From Bacteriovoracia bacterium (lineage in GTDB: Bacteria; Bdellovibrionota; UBA1018; JBFWNL01): 64,000 nt of DNA. The notes beneath the pieces are model-generated. The model searched no databases, was not told where the DNA came from, and saw only the letters and a list, made by a program, of their open reading frames with translations. The stretch covers positions 124,808-188,807 of the forward strand of contig JBFWNL010000008.1 in assembly GCA_050251055.1 (NCBI GenBank), read 5' to 3'. Both the position numbers and the translations under genes were made by a program. Position 1 is the stretch's first letter. Every line of letters begins with the position of its first letter. Below, one piece after another: positions 9,664 to 19,513 of this stretch.

Positions 9664-12174
9664 TTACCGGGTCCTCACCAAGCGCAGGCCCTGGATGCCA
9701 CCTTGGTGGCACTCAGGCACTAACGCTCCCCGGCTAGCTGACCTCAGGTCACGAGCAACGCTAAGCCAACTTCCCCCGCGGTACACACGTTCTTTGCCGG
9801 AGGAAGGCCCCAGAGGGTTGTGGGTGGTGCCCGCGAGCTGCGTATCGCTCAACCCATAGTTCACGTCGTAAAAATCTTGCACCCACTGGTGTACGTTTCC
9901 ATGCATATCTATCAGTCCAAAGCCATTCCTTTTTCCACGATGTAATTCGACCTCATGGGTAATCCGTCCAGAGTTTTCAGAAAACCAAGCGACCTCTTTG
10001 AGCTTCGTATAAGCGTCGTCATCCTCACCAAAAAAAAAGCTCCCTGGATTCCCTCCACGTGCGGCCCATTCCCATTCCGCTTCAGTGGGCAAACGGTATG
10101 TAAAGCCATCGTTCGATTTTTTATTGAGATTTCGAATGAATGCCTGGGCCCCATCCCAAGAAACACTGTCAACTGGGTTGTTAGGGCAGATCTTAAGAAC
10201 GGGATCAAAAGTATCTGGGCAAAAAGCTTCACCATCGTGGATCGCTCGCACCGTCTCTAATAATCCCGTCCCCCTCATCACACTGTACCATTGTCGCTGA
10301 GTAACGGGGGTAACGCCCATTTCGAAACCATCAACCCTCACCCAGTGCCTCTTTTCGTTTCGATACCGACCGGGCTCCGAATCCGGACTTCCCATTTGAA
10401 AGGTCCCACCTGGAATCGGAACAAATTCCAGGTCGAGATCGCTTGGCATTTCACGTTGAATCATATCTACTATTTTTCGATAAACATCCGAAAAAAAGGC
10501 TCGGGGGACCGCGTGCGCGTTGACTCTTGACACAAAAGCCTGAAGCTCTGGATAAATGCTCGCTATTTGAATCAAATCTGGAAGGCTAATTCCAAACTCT
10601 GCGGCCGCACGCTTGAGATCCACATCGTTTTCAAAACGATCCGTCAAATAGCGAATGGGCTCAGGATCACCGGAACCCGTACGCTTCACGCCCGCGTTTT
10701 TCATCGCCTCAATAAAACGACGCGAGTCCTCGGTAAACGCGGCCTGGAGCGCGTCATTTCCACGGTAGGTCGAAAAAATCTCGTCCAAGTCCTCCTGTCT
10801 AAAGAGGCTAGTGTTTTTGTCCACATACGCCCGCACTTGATCCGAGCGCCTCTGGATACCTTGGTTGTGGCAGGAGATACAAGAAATCCCGTTCACAATG
10901 ACGGCATTCCTCCGCGAAGCATCCTGAACAATCGGAGTCGGAGCTTCATCTATGCGTTGATGGTCCGAAGTCACAAGCATGTAGGCTTGAAGACCATTGG
11001 GGAGATTCCAGATAATTTCGCCTCCGGCATGCTTAAACTGTCCGGCACCGTCGCCGGGCCCAAGCGGTCGCGAGAACAAATCCGACGCGCCGGTACTTTC
11101 TTTAAAGTCGTAAGACTTCCAATACGCGCCATCTCTGATCTTATGGCGCTCGATCATGCGATTATTTTGCGAAACACCCGAGTCTGTGAAGGCCGCCCGT
11201 AGGACGCGCCTCGATTTGATATCTCTGTCGACATCGATCCCAACCAAATCACGTTCAAGCGCCGTATCCGTATCGGGGATATTTAAGAACTGATAATAAA
11301 GAGGCGGCCTGGCTGCGGCAAATGCAAACCAATCACCCCTCGTGTAGAAAAGTCCGGTTCCAGTTTGAATTTGAATAAAGCTGACAGCGGAATCAAAAGC
11401 GTAACCGTAACTCAAATAAGGACTGCTGCCCGCTACCCGATCCCAGACTTGCGCACTCCATCCCAACGCGCCAATATCCACGCGGTAGACCAGGCGATTG
11501 GCATCAATAGCCTGAAGTGGGAAAAGGCTTTCTTGGGAGCTTAGTGAGTTAACCAGCTTTGTGAGAGCATCCCTAAATATATCAAGATCATCAGCTGAAT
11601 CACCGGCCGCCGGCAGGTGGGCAAGCGACAGGTAACGAATGTCCCTGCGTTTACGTTCCGGCAACCGCTCTAAGTCCCTTGCGATGGCCCCGAAAAGATA
11701 AGAATAAGACGCCGTACCTGCGTCTTGCAGCACCCGTCCCTTTTCTTCTCCCGCCGTCGACGGGGCACCCGCCTTGATCCAAGCCAAAACGGTGTCCTTT
11801 TCTTTTTGGGTAAGTTTTCGGATTCCGGTCGCCGCAAGCTCATCTTTCGAGAGCTGTCGGACTTTTGGCATTTCATCGCTTTCGATGCGCTGATAAAGCG
11901 AGGATTGGGCAGGGTCACTTAGATTGATGAAATCTGGGTTGCTCCTAAGTTTTTCAAAATCCAAAACAGAATCGAATCCGCCACGCACTTTTTTTCCCGG
12001 CTCTCCGTGACAGTAAAAACAATTGGCCTTAAAAATCGATTGAACCGAGCGCGCGAGCCTTTCCGCATCGGCATCTTGCGGTAATAGATTGGATGCCCAC
12101 GTCGGCACCGCGACAACGGACACAGAAACGGTCAAAGCAAAAAAGGTAAACGCGGAAAATAGCTTGGAGCGCAT
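9664..12174 (-). CDS. secreted c-type cytochrome domain protein with C-terminal FGE-sulfatase (SUMF1-like, CLec fold) domain
   Basis: signal peptide; CFYCH...EMP and CISCH heme motifs; C-terminal FVPIPGGTFQMGS, YRLPTEAEWEWAARGG, DMHGNVHQW and RGGSW. Confidence 0.85.
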   Translation of the reverse strand: MRSKLFSAFTFFALTVSVSVVAVPTWASNLLPQDADAERLARSVQSIFKANCFYCHGEPGKKVRGGFDSVLDFEKLRSNPDFINLSDPAQSSLYQRIESDEMPKVRQLSKDELAATGIRKLTQKEKDTVLAWIKAGAPSTAGEEKGRVLQDAGTASYSYLFGAIARDLERLPERKRRDIRYLSLAHLPAAGDSADDLDIFRDALTKLVNSLSSQESLFPLQAIDANRLVYRVDIGALGWSAQVWDRVAGSSPYLSYGYAFDSAVSFIQIQTGTGLFYTRGDWFAFAAARPPLYYQFLNIPDTDTALERDLVGIDVDRDIKSRRVLRAAFTDSGVSQNNRMIERHKIRDGAYWKSYDFKESTGASDLFSRPLGPGDGAGQFKHAGGEIIWNLPNGLQAYMLVTSDHQRIDEAPTPIVQDASRRNAVIVNGISCISCHNQGIQRRSDQVRAYVDKNTSLFRQEDLDEIFSTYRGNDALQAAFTEDSRRFIEAMKNAGVKRTGSGDPEPIRYLTDRFENDVDLKRAAAEFGISLPDLIQIASIYPELQAFVSRVNAHAVPRAFFSDVYRKIVDMIQREMPSDLDLEFVPIPGGTFQMGSPDSEPGRYRNEKRHWVRVDGFEMGVTPVTQRQWYSVMRGTGLLETVRAIHDGEAFCPDTFDPVLKICPNNPVDSVSWDGAQAFIRNLNKKSNDGFTYRLPTEAEWEWAARGGNPGSFFFGEDDDAYTKLKEVAWFSENSGRITHEVELHRGKRNGFGLIDMHGNVHQWVQDFYDVNYGLSDTQLAGTTHNPLGPSSGKERVYRGGSWLSVARDLRSASRGALVPECHQGGIQGLRLVRTR

Positions 12175-12373
12175 AAAACAACCTCCCCCCGCCAGATGCG
12201 GTTTTTTGCAGAATGTTTTAAGCGCGATGAATTATTTAGTAGCAAGCTTTAATCATAGGACAACTGGCTCACCGGTTTACTCAAAAAGCATGTGAAATCA
12301 ACAAGTCAGCACCTATCCCCCCCCAAAAAAAATCCACACGCATTCCTACGTGAAATCCGCTATTCCCTAGGTC

Positions 12374-13330
12374 ATGCGAACCCGCACCCTGGGAAAATCC
12401 GACCTCCAAATCGCTCCCCTCGCCTTGGGCGGAAACGTCTTCGGTTGGACCATCGATGAAGCCATGTCTTTTCGCCTCCTCGATCAATTCGTGGACGCGG
12501 GCTTCAACCTCATCGACACCGCCGACATCTACTCCATGTGGGTGCCAGGAAACCAAGGCGGCGAATCGGAAACCATCCTTGGACGCTGGCTACGCCAGAG
12601 CGGCAAACGGGACCGCGTCGTCCTCGCCACCAAGGTCGGCATGAAAATGGGCGACGGCAGGAAAGGGCTGCGCAAGGCGAGAATCTTCGAAGCCGTCGAG
12701 GAATCCTTGCGGCGCCTTCAGGTCGAGACCATCGACCTCTACCAATCCCACTTGGATGATCCGGAAACTCCCGTCACGGAGACCCTGGAGGCGTTTGACC
12801 AGCTGATCAAGCAAGGGAAGGTGCGGGCCATCGGCGCCTCCCAGATCACCCCGGCGCGCCTACGCGAATCGCTGGAAACCAGCCGCCGCGAAAATCTAGC
12901 GAGCTACGTGAGCTTGCAGCCACTTTACAACCTCTACGACCGCCACCCCTTCGAGACCGACTTTGCCCCGATCTGCGAGCAATACGGAATGGGCGTCATC
13001 AATTTCTACTCGCTCGCCGCGGGTTTTCTCAGCGGGAAGTACCGCGCCGAGGCCGATCTCACGAAGAGCGTGCGCGGGAATATCCGCATCAAAGAATCGT
13101 ACTTCAACGAAAAGGGGCATCGAATCATTCGCGCCATGGATCAGGTCGCCGATCGCCTCCAGGCTCCCCACGCCGCCATCGCGCTGGCGTGGCTCCGGAC
13201 AAAGCCCCTGATCACCGCCCCCATCGCCAGCGCCACCCGCCCAGAGCAGATGAACGCGTTAATCCAGGGCGCGGAACTTCAGTTGGATCCGCAGTCCCTG
13301 CGGGAACTAAACGAGGCGACGGAAAACTGA
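12374..13330 (+). CDS. aldo/keto reductase
   Basis: LALGGNVFG, DTADIY, ATKVG, SLRRLQVETIDLYQSH and LQPLYNL motifs. Confidence 0.92.
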   Translation: MRTRTLGKSDLQIAPLALGGNVFGWTIDEAMSFRLLDQFVDAGFNLIDTADIYSMWVPGNQGGESETILGRWLRQSGKRDRVVLATKVGMKMGDGRKGLRKARIFEAVEESLRRLQVETIDLYQSHLDDPETPVTETLEAFDQLIKQGKVRAIGASQITPARLRESLETSRRENLASYVSLQPLYNLYDRHPFETDFAPICEQYGMGVINFYSLAAGFLSGKYRAEADLTKSVRGNIRIKESYFNEKGHRIIRAMDQVADRLQAPHAAIALAWLRTKPLITAPIASATRPEQMNALIQGAELQLDPQSLRELNEATEN

Positions 13331-13333
13331 AGG

Positions 13334-14518
13334 CTACTCCGCTTGAAACGTGGAGCTGAGCGTATCAAAGCGAGCATCCACGCCGTGGAACTGGACACCC
13401 AACCCATCCGGCCGTGCCGGATCGTACTGGATCACAATATATTGAGCCGCAATGTCATCGTTCAGGCTCCAATAATTCTTAAGGATGTTTTTGCGCCAGC
13501 TGCAATCCCACCCCTGGAAGCACTTAAAAAGCCGGTCTGCGGATTTACTCCGAATTTCCGCCAACTCTTCCCGACTCGTGGCGGACCAGACGCCGTCGAT
13601 GGTGTGATTGAAGCCCATCTTATTGGCGCGTTGATACTGGAAATTAGGATGATGAGCCCACACCAAAAATTCCGTGGCGCCGTTTGCGGCTGTGCGCATG
13701 CCAATCTGGGCAATCACCTGCTTGTCGACGAAACGACCGATTGAACCCCATTGCGACGAATGCCTATAGGCACTACGGTAATCGAAATATTGGAAATCAC
13801 CCCAGAAACTAAACTGAAACTCTTCCTTGGAGTTTACCGAATAGACATTATTCGGCTCTTCCACGGGAAACGGTTTATATTCGATCGTGCTCGTTCTCGC
13901 CCAGCTCCGATTGGAGAGCGCCGTCAGCAAATCCTTGCCCGCGGCCGTCAAGTCTTGGAAGCCAGAGGGACGAATAAAGCGCGCGCCTTCCTTAATCTTG
14001 CTGGCGTCTTTACAGGTGAGGTCGATCACCCCAGTTTCCGATCCCGGCGTCGCCACGGCCGTCACGTCTTTAAACAACATAAAGCAACGATCGTGATCGT
14101 AGCCCCAAGGGCGGCCATCCCGGGTCAGCAAGAACACGAACTCGCTTCCCTTGAGCTTCATTTGGTAGGGCCCGCCGTAAATTCCTGGATCGGGTAAACC
14201 AGGATCCGAAAGGCCGATTTCCGAAAGTCGTAGCTCGTCGATGCTCGTGATCGTCAGCTTCTTTAGTTCGCGCAGGTCTTCGGTAGTCGGGGCGTCTTCC
14301 ACGGCTTTTCTCCAAACCACGATCTTTCCGTCGGCTAGCTTCCAAGGCCAATCCAGCAAGCCATTGATCGCCCGCCGATAAGTTGGGGAATCCGAAATAT
14401 AGATCGCCGTTTGCTTCGCTGCCGCCACCATGCTCGAGGAAACTCCCCCGGCCTGCGTGCTAGCGACGCCGCAGAGTGAAAGGGAAACCACCACCACTAA
14501 TCTGACTACTGACTTCAT
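13334..14518 (-). CDS. secreted hypothetical protein
   Basis: start moved to ATG 14518 (AAGGAG RBS); signal peptide MKSVVRLVVVVSLSLCGVASTQA. Confidence 0.7.
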   Translation of the reverse strand: MKSVVRLVVVVSLSLCGVASTQAGGVSSSMVAAAKQTAIYISDSPTYRRAINGLLDWPWKLADGKIVVWRKAVEDAPTTEDLRELKKLTITSIDELRLSEIGLSDPGLPDPGIYGGPYQMKLKGSEFVFLLTRDGRPWGYDHDRCFMLFKDVTAVATPGSETGVIDLTCKDASKIKEGARFIRPSGFQDLTAAGKDLLTALSNRSWARTSTIEYKPFPVEEPNNVYSVNSKEEFQFSFWGDFQYFDYRSAYRHSSQWGSIGRFVDKQVIAQIGMRTAANGATEFLVWAHHPNFQYQRANKMGFNHTIDGVWSATSREELAEIRSKSADRLFKCFQGWDCSWRKNILKNYWSLNDDIAAQYIVIQYDPARPDGLGVQFHGVDARFDTLSSTFQAE

Positions 14519-14746
14519 TCGGAACTCCTTTTGGTGAAAAGGCTTATAGCTAAGTCGCTCTCCACGCTCAATCTTATTCTCCGATACTGACAATCTGTTA
14601 TATGGAATTAATATTTAACTTAATGTTTTTATTGTATTAATCAGTAAAAACTCACGGAGCACTTTGTTTCGGATACTAGGAGTTTTACGGAGCAGGGCGC
14701 TCTTTTGGTTTGACCCGACCGCCGCGACCGGCTAAAAACCGCTTCG

Positions 14747-15550
14747 ATGTTTGAGCAGGAAGACTATCGATATATTTTAAAATCGGAGCTGGAGAACCGC
14801 TGCCGTAAGAATCCTCGATACTCGTTGCGTTCGTTTGCTCGTGATCTAGGACTGAGCTCGGCGCGCCTGAGCGAGATATTGAATCGAAAAGCAGGCTTGT
14901 CCGGAGAGAAAGCACGCGTCGTCGCGAAATCCCTCGGGCTCAACGCGGAAGAGACCGACTTCTTCTATAATCTCGTCGAGGCGGCCCACGCCCGAAGCCG
15001 GATCAAACGCGAGCTTGCCCAAGCCCGACTGCTGAAGTACCAGAAAAATCCTTATCAAAACCTGGAAGTGGATCACTTCCGCGCCGTCTCTGACTGGTAC
15101 CATCTGGCACTCTTGGAGCTCATGACGATCAAAGGATTTCGAAACGATTTGAAATGGATCGCCCGCTCCCTAGACATTCAGGAAACGGAAGCCAAGCTCG
15201 CGATCGAACGCCTAGAGCGCCTGGAGCTGATTCAGCGCAAGGGGAGATCCTGGGCGCCGACCGACGGCTTCTCCACCACTTCGAGCGCCGTACCGTCTGA
15301 AATGATCCGAAAATTTCATCGGCAGATCTTGCAGAAGGCGCTCACTGCGATCGACATGCAATCTATGGAAAGACGCGACCTCGGCGCCATCGTGATGTCC
15401 GTGAAGCGCGCCGACTTGCCGCGCATGAAGGCAAAGATCCGGGAGTTCCGGCGCGCCTTGAATCTGGAGTTTGGCGAGGCGGTGGATAAGGACCGTGTTT
15501 ATTGTTTTTCCACTCAGCTTTTCGAGTTAACGCAAATGGATCGGGAGTAA
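14747..15550 (+). CDS. TIGR02147/DUF4423 family HTH protein
   Basis: NPRYSLRSFARDLGLSSARLSEIL HTH; SDWYHLALLEL, IRKFHRQIL and VYCFSTQLF motifs. Confidence 0.88.
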   Translation: MFEQEDYRYILKSELENRCRKNPRYSLRSFARDLGLSSARLSEILNRKAGLSGEKARVVAKSLGLNAEETDFFYNLVEAAHARSRIKRELAQARLLKYQKNPYQNLEVDHFRAVSDWYHLALLELMTIKGFRNDLKWIARSLDIQETEAKLAIERLERLELIQRKGRSWAPTDGFSTTSSAVPSEMIRKFHRQILQKALTAIDMQSMERRDLGAIVMSVKRADLPRMKAKIREFRRALNLEFGEAVDKDRVYCFSTQLFELTQMDRE

Positions 15551-15555
15551 ACGTA

Positions 15556-16443
15556 ATGTTGTTGAGCCTAATGATGGGATTGATCATGAACACCGGCTGG
15601 ATGGCCGAGATGGCTAACGCCAGCGGGCGCGAGGTCGGCAACGGCGGGGACGCCTATTCCCAAGAATTCATCAGTCTAGGGGGCAGCCTGGCGGCTCGAT
15701 GGCACGAGCTGGGATTCACCGAGGCCCTCCCCGTTAAGCAGGAAGCCTTCCAAAGCGCTACCGAAAAAGTTCGCGTGATATCCACGGAAGAGAAACTAAT
15801 TCTTCGAGGTGAAGAGGTCGACGCCATTAATTATCCACTCTGCAAGGAGGGAGAAACTCCTGAAACGCACCCGTGCGGAAAAATCAGGCTGAATCGATCG
15901 CGCTGGGACGCCCTGAAGGACCGGCGCCACCGTAAAGTCGCCTTGGTGCTTCACGAATACCTCGGCACCCTCGGCACGGACGAGACGCGCTTCGACGACT
16001 ACTACGAAGCCAGCGGACCGCTGTTGGCGAGGCTAAAGAAACTACTGGCGGAAAAACCGCTGGTCGAAGTGAATTTCTCGTGCCGAATCGAAAGATGGGA
16101 CGTCAAAACCAAGGGCACGGTCGTGGCGGCCACGCTCGATACCTACCATGCGCCTTCCGCCGCGGAAATCAAGTTGGGCACCGGTAAGGTCTTTCCGGCG
16201 TACTTTCTTTCGATCGCGAAGGTGGGAAGTGACTTTCTCGCTTCCGTGCAGATTGACCGACTGGAATACCGAATCTATAAGCGACGGGACATCGGGAGCC
16301 CCCTCGAGGGAGAAACCCTGACCGGTGGGTATATTCCGTTCACCGTGAACGGAAAAAATTCGATCCGGGCACTCAATGACCCAGAGCTACAGCTCACTTG
16401 CTACCGAACTTTGGATCAAGTGAATCCGCCCCCGGAACTCTAA
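15556..16443 (+). CDS. secreted hypothetical protein with N-terminal GxEVGNGG motif
   Basis: ATG 15556 with GGGAG RBS; signal peptide followed by SGREVGNGGD; LVLHEYLG motif. Confidence 0.7.
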   Translation: MLLSLMMGLIMNTGWMAEMANASGREVGNGGDAYSQEFISLGGSLAARWHELGFTEALPVKQEAFQSATEKVRVISTEEKLILRGEEVDAINYPLCKEGETPETHPCGKIRLNRSRWDALKDRRHRKVALVLHEYLGTLGTDETRFDDYYEASGPLLARLKKLLAEKPLVEVNFSCRIERWDVKTKGTVVAATLDTYHAPSAAEIKLGTGKVFPAYFLSIAKVGSDFLASVQIDRLEYRIYKRRDIGSPLEGETLTGGYIPFTVNGKNSIRALNDPELQLTCYRTLDQVNPPPEL

Positions 16444-17324
16444 CGGTCTCCCGGAGACTGCGCCAAGTGCCCCATCTTGCCGCTGCGATAATCCGCGAGC
16501 GCTTGGCGGATCTCCCCTTCCGTGTTCATCACGAAGGGTCCGTACCCGACGATCGGTTCATTTAATGGCTCGCCCGCCAAAAAAAGAATTTTCGCGTCTT
16601 CCGTCGCCTCGATCATAAAGCCACTTCCTTCGCGCTCAAACACCGCGAGATCGGATTTCTCTACCACCTGGGCGCCAACCTTCACCGCGCCATCTAGCAC
16701 CAGGAAAGCCGCCGTCCAGCCGGACTTGGCGCTCGCCTCGAACGCCGCGCCTTTCTTTAAACGCACATCCCAGACATCCATCGGGGAAAAAGTCCGCGCC
16801 GGACCCCGGGCATCATTATACTGTCCCGCGATCACGCGCACCTGGCCCCGACCGTCGGCGAGTTCTGCCGTCGGAATCGTGTCCGCCGTGATGCCCTGAT
16901 AGCCAGGTTTCGTCATTTTATCTTTCTTCGGCAAATTCACCCAAAGCTGCACCATCTCGAAAGGCCCTCCCCGCTTCGCGTACTCGCGGCCGTGAAACTC
17001 TTCGTGCACCAAGCCCGCGCCCGCCGTCATCCATTGCACGTCGCCCGGACCGATCTTGCCGCCGGCGCCCGTGGAATCGCGATGCTCGACCTCGCCTTCG
17101 TAAACGATCGTGACCGTTTCAAATCCACGGTGCGGATGCTCGCCCACGCCTAATCGACGTTCGGTGGGCGGGAAGTTTTCCGGCTCCGCGTAGTCGAGTA
17201 AAAGAAAGGGGGACATCTCTTGCGCGATGTCGTTGTAGTTAAATACACCGCGCACATGGAATCCATCGCCCACCCAGTGCTTGTCTTTGCCGCGCTTAAT
17301 AAAGGAGATTTTTTTCATATCCAC
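16440..17324 (-). CDS. pirin family protein
   Basis: PFLLLD, HPHRGFETVT, VQWMTAGAGLVHEE, QLWVNLP and GPFVMNT motifs. Confidence 0.95.
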   Translation of the reverse strand: MDMKKISFIKRGKDKHWVGDGFHVRGVFNYNDIAQEMSPFLLLDYAEPENFPPTERRLGVGEHPHRGFETVTIVYEGEVEHRDSTGAGGKIGPGDVQWMTAGAGLVHEEFHGREYAKRGGPFEMVQLWVNLPKKDKMTKPGYQGITADTIPTAELADGRGQVRVIAGQYNDARGPARTFSPMDVWDVRLKKGAAFEASAKSGWTAAFLVLDGAVKVGAQVVEKSDLAVFEREGSGFMIEATEDAKILFLAGEPLNEPIVGYGPFVMNTEGEIRQALADYRSGKMGHLAQSPGDR

Positions 17325-17565
17325 TAAGATGGGCGCGGAGCGCTATTTGTCAATTACCCCAGAAAAGCGAGGGTTTTTTGGGGTTTGAGAGGTATGACGC
17401 AACTCCGACGTAAGTTAGCAAGTCGCGTAAATATTCACATTGCGTCAGCCACCTGAGTCACAAAAAAACAAATCTGCGTACAGAAAAAAGTTTCCTTCTT
17501 TCTAACTTTCTCTATCATCCATGCCTTCGTTACACGTAAGTAGCGAAAGCTATCCGGGGGGAAGC

Positions 17566-18462
17566 ATGAAAAAAGCAGGATTCATTTACGTCGCCATTTC
17601 GTCGTTCGCTATCGCGCACGCCGCCTACGCTCACACGCAGGAACACGAATCGTTCCTGCCCGAAAACACGCTCGGCGTTGACGAACCGTTCAACTTCCTG
17701 AGCAACATGCCTACCGCGCAGTTCAACGAAATCATCGACATCACGGTCAATCGCTGGAAACCACTCGCTACGGCGTACGGTGGCCAGGTTAACGTCGACT
17801 ATAAATGGGATAGCACCGAAGTGAACGCATATGCCGGTCGTTCCAGCAGCACCTGGACGGTGCAGTTCCACGGCGGACTTGCCCGCCGCGCCGAGATCAC
17901 CCCGGACGGGTTTCAGCTCGTGGTTTGCCACGAACTCGGTCACCTCTTCGGGGGCGCCCCGTTCAAGAACACCCTGAACTACATGACCTCCGAAGGTCAG
18001 GCCGACTACTTCGCCACTTTCGTTTGCTTGCGCGAAATGTGGAAAAACGAGAGTGCGAAGAATGCCGAGGCCCGCGAACAGTTAAAAGCCGAAGAAGTTG
18101 CGGCGTGTGATCAACGTTGGGAGCAGGAAAACGATCGCCACCTTTGTTACCGCACCCTGGCCGCCTCGAATTCCGTGGCGCTTCTGTTCTCGGTACTCGA
18201 GGGCCGCGGAGTCCCGTCCGTGCTCACGCCCAGCACCAGTGTGACGGACGTGACGCAAATGCAACACCCTCCGGCTCAGTGCCGCCTCGACACTTACTTC
18301 AACGCCTCGACTTGCCCCATGGGTTACGACATCCGCAAGATTCCTGGCTACAAAGAGCCAAGTGCCGCCATGCAAGCCAAAGCGATGCAGGAAACATCCT
18401 GCATGGCGGATTCGGACGTACACGCGTACGCCGCCCGGCCGCGTTGCTGGTTTGCAAAATAG
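17566..18462 (+). CDS. secreted zinc metalloprotease (HEXXH, M48-like)
   Basis: signal peptide from ATG 17566; VNAYA, CHELGHLFGG, SEGQADYFA and HPPAQCRLDT motifs. Confidence 0.8.
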   Translation: MKKAGFIYVAISSFAIAHAAYAHTQEHESFLPENTLGVDEPFNFLSNMPTAQFNEIIDITVNRWKPLATAYGGQVNVDYKWDSTEVNAYAGRSSSTWTVQFHGGLARRAEITPDGFQLVVCHELGHLFGGAPFKNTLNYMTSEGQADYFATFVCLREMWKNESAKNAEAREQLKAEEVAACDQRWEQENDRHLCYRTLAASNSVALLFSVLEGRGVPSVLTPSTSVTDVTQMQHPPAQCRLDTYFNASTCPMGYDIRKIPGYKEPSAAMQAKAMQETSCMADSDVHAYAARPRCWFAK

Positions 18463-18485
18463 CGAGAAATCGCCCAATTACCCGG

Positions 18486-19496
18486 TTACGGGCGTACTTG
18501 GTGTTTAAAGAAAATACCGTCGTCACCGAAGGCTGAGGCTAAGAACTCGGACGTCGTGACTACGTCCGCGATGTGCTCCGACTCTTTCAGGAAGCTGACC
18601 GCCAATTCATCGGTGTATTCACCGGTGTAATCAAAGCCGGCGCGCTGCGCGGGCAACGCGTGAATTTCATAGACGGTCGTGCCCACGGGGATCTTGGCGA
18701 AGTCATCGCGCACGTCATGATCGTCGGAGGAAAACTTCAGGTCCCGTCCAGGGACAAAGAAAAGCTGGCGAGGAGCCACGACCGCGGCTGCCTGTTTCCC
18801 GTGCGCGTCTACCAACGCCATGTCCGATGCGAGCAGCTCCTCCGGATACTTGCTGACGGACGAAAAGATCCGGTGCACGAGCTTTTGGCCAAAAGATCCG
18901 CCCACCGGGACGATATTGGACATCGGATGCGCGAAGAAATTGAAATCTTTGCCTTGGCCATCCAGTGAAACCAGCGCCGAGATATTTGCCGACGGCGTGC
19001 CATCGCGCAGGACTTTTAGGGCGAGCCCCGGCGCCACCGGCTTATCACCGGCGGGTCGGTAGGTGAGCGAAAGCCGCAGTAGCGCGCATTCCGCGCCCTG
19101 GAACACGCCGGTGTACTTCAAATGGGCGGGATCGCGCGGCACGATCTTCACCTGAGCCATCGCGCCCCGGCGGTGCAGGTATTTCACCCACCCTTCGGGG
19201 GCATAGTCGGAGAAGCGATCGCGCTTATTGGAGATCTTCTGCCGCCACATACTGTAAACCTGGGGGAGGCCGAGCTTCCCGTACTCTGGCAATTTCGCGT
19301 GCACGGTAGAGGTAACGTTATCCCACAAGGTCTTCTGCTTTTCGCAGGCGCTCAAGGACTCGTAATTAGGCGCGATGCTCGCCGTCGTGCGCGTATAAGC
19401 AGGATCGGATTCCGATCCCGCGAACGCGTACGCCAGGCTCGCGCCCACCGCCGCCAACAATGCCAACGAAGCCACCTTCTTGCCCGCAATGGTCAT
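18486..19496 (-). CDS. secreted catalase-fold (heme-dependent catalase-like superfamily) protein
   Basis: start moved to ATG 19496; N-terminal hydrophobic helix; YLHRRG, YTGVFQG, LLRLS and PGLALKVLRDG motifs resemble catalase-related AOS/HPL proteins. Confidence 0.65.
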   Translation of the reverse strand: MTIAGKKVASLALLAAVGASLAYAFAGSESDPAYTRTTASIAPNYESLSACEKQKTLWDNVTSTVHAKLPEYGKLGLPQVYSMWRQKISNKRDRFSDYAPEGWVKYLHRRGAMAQVKIVPRDPAHLKYTGVFQGAECALLRLSLTYRPAGDKPVAPGLALKVLRDGTPSANISALVSLDGQGKDFNFFAHPMSNIVPVGGSFGQKLVHRIFSSVSKYPEELLASDMALVDAHGKQAAAVVAPRQLFFVPGRDLKFSSDDHDVRDDFAKIPVGTTVYEIHALPAQRAGFDYTGEYTDELAVSFLKESEHIADVVTTSEFLASAFGDDGIFFKHQVRP

Positions 19497-19513
19497 ACCG
19501 TCTGGTCTCGCAA

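Noticed and set aside
9664-9800. FGE/CLec C-terminus as a diversity-generating retroelement variable region
   Set aside because: No template repeat or reverse transcriptase was seen in the window, and the variable-position codons are not predominantly NNC/NNY. A remote DGR cannot be excluded.
9218-12300. Integrative element or prophage with attL/attR at tRNA-Arg
   Set aside because: The duplicated tRNA 3' end is only 255 bp away, and no integrase, phage gene or distal att copy was seen.
10030-12332. Homopolymer tracts (A9 at 10030-10038, C8A8 at 12317-12332) as phase-variation switches
   Set aside because: The tracts are short, the reading frame is intact, and no variation can be seen from a single sequence.
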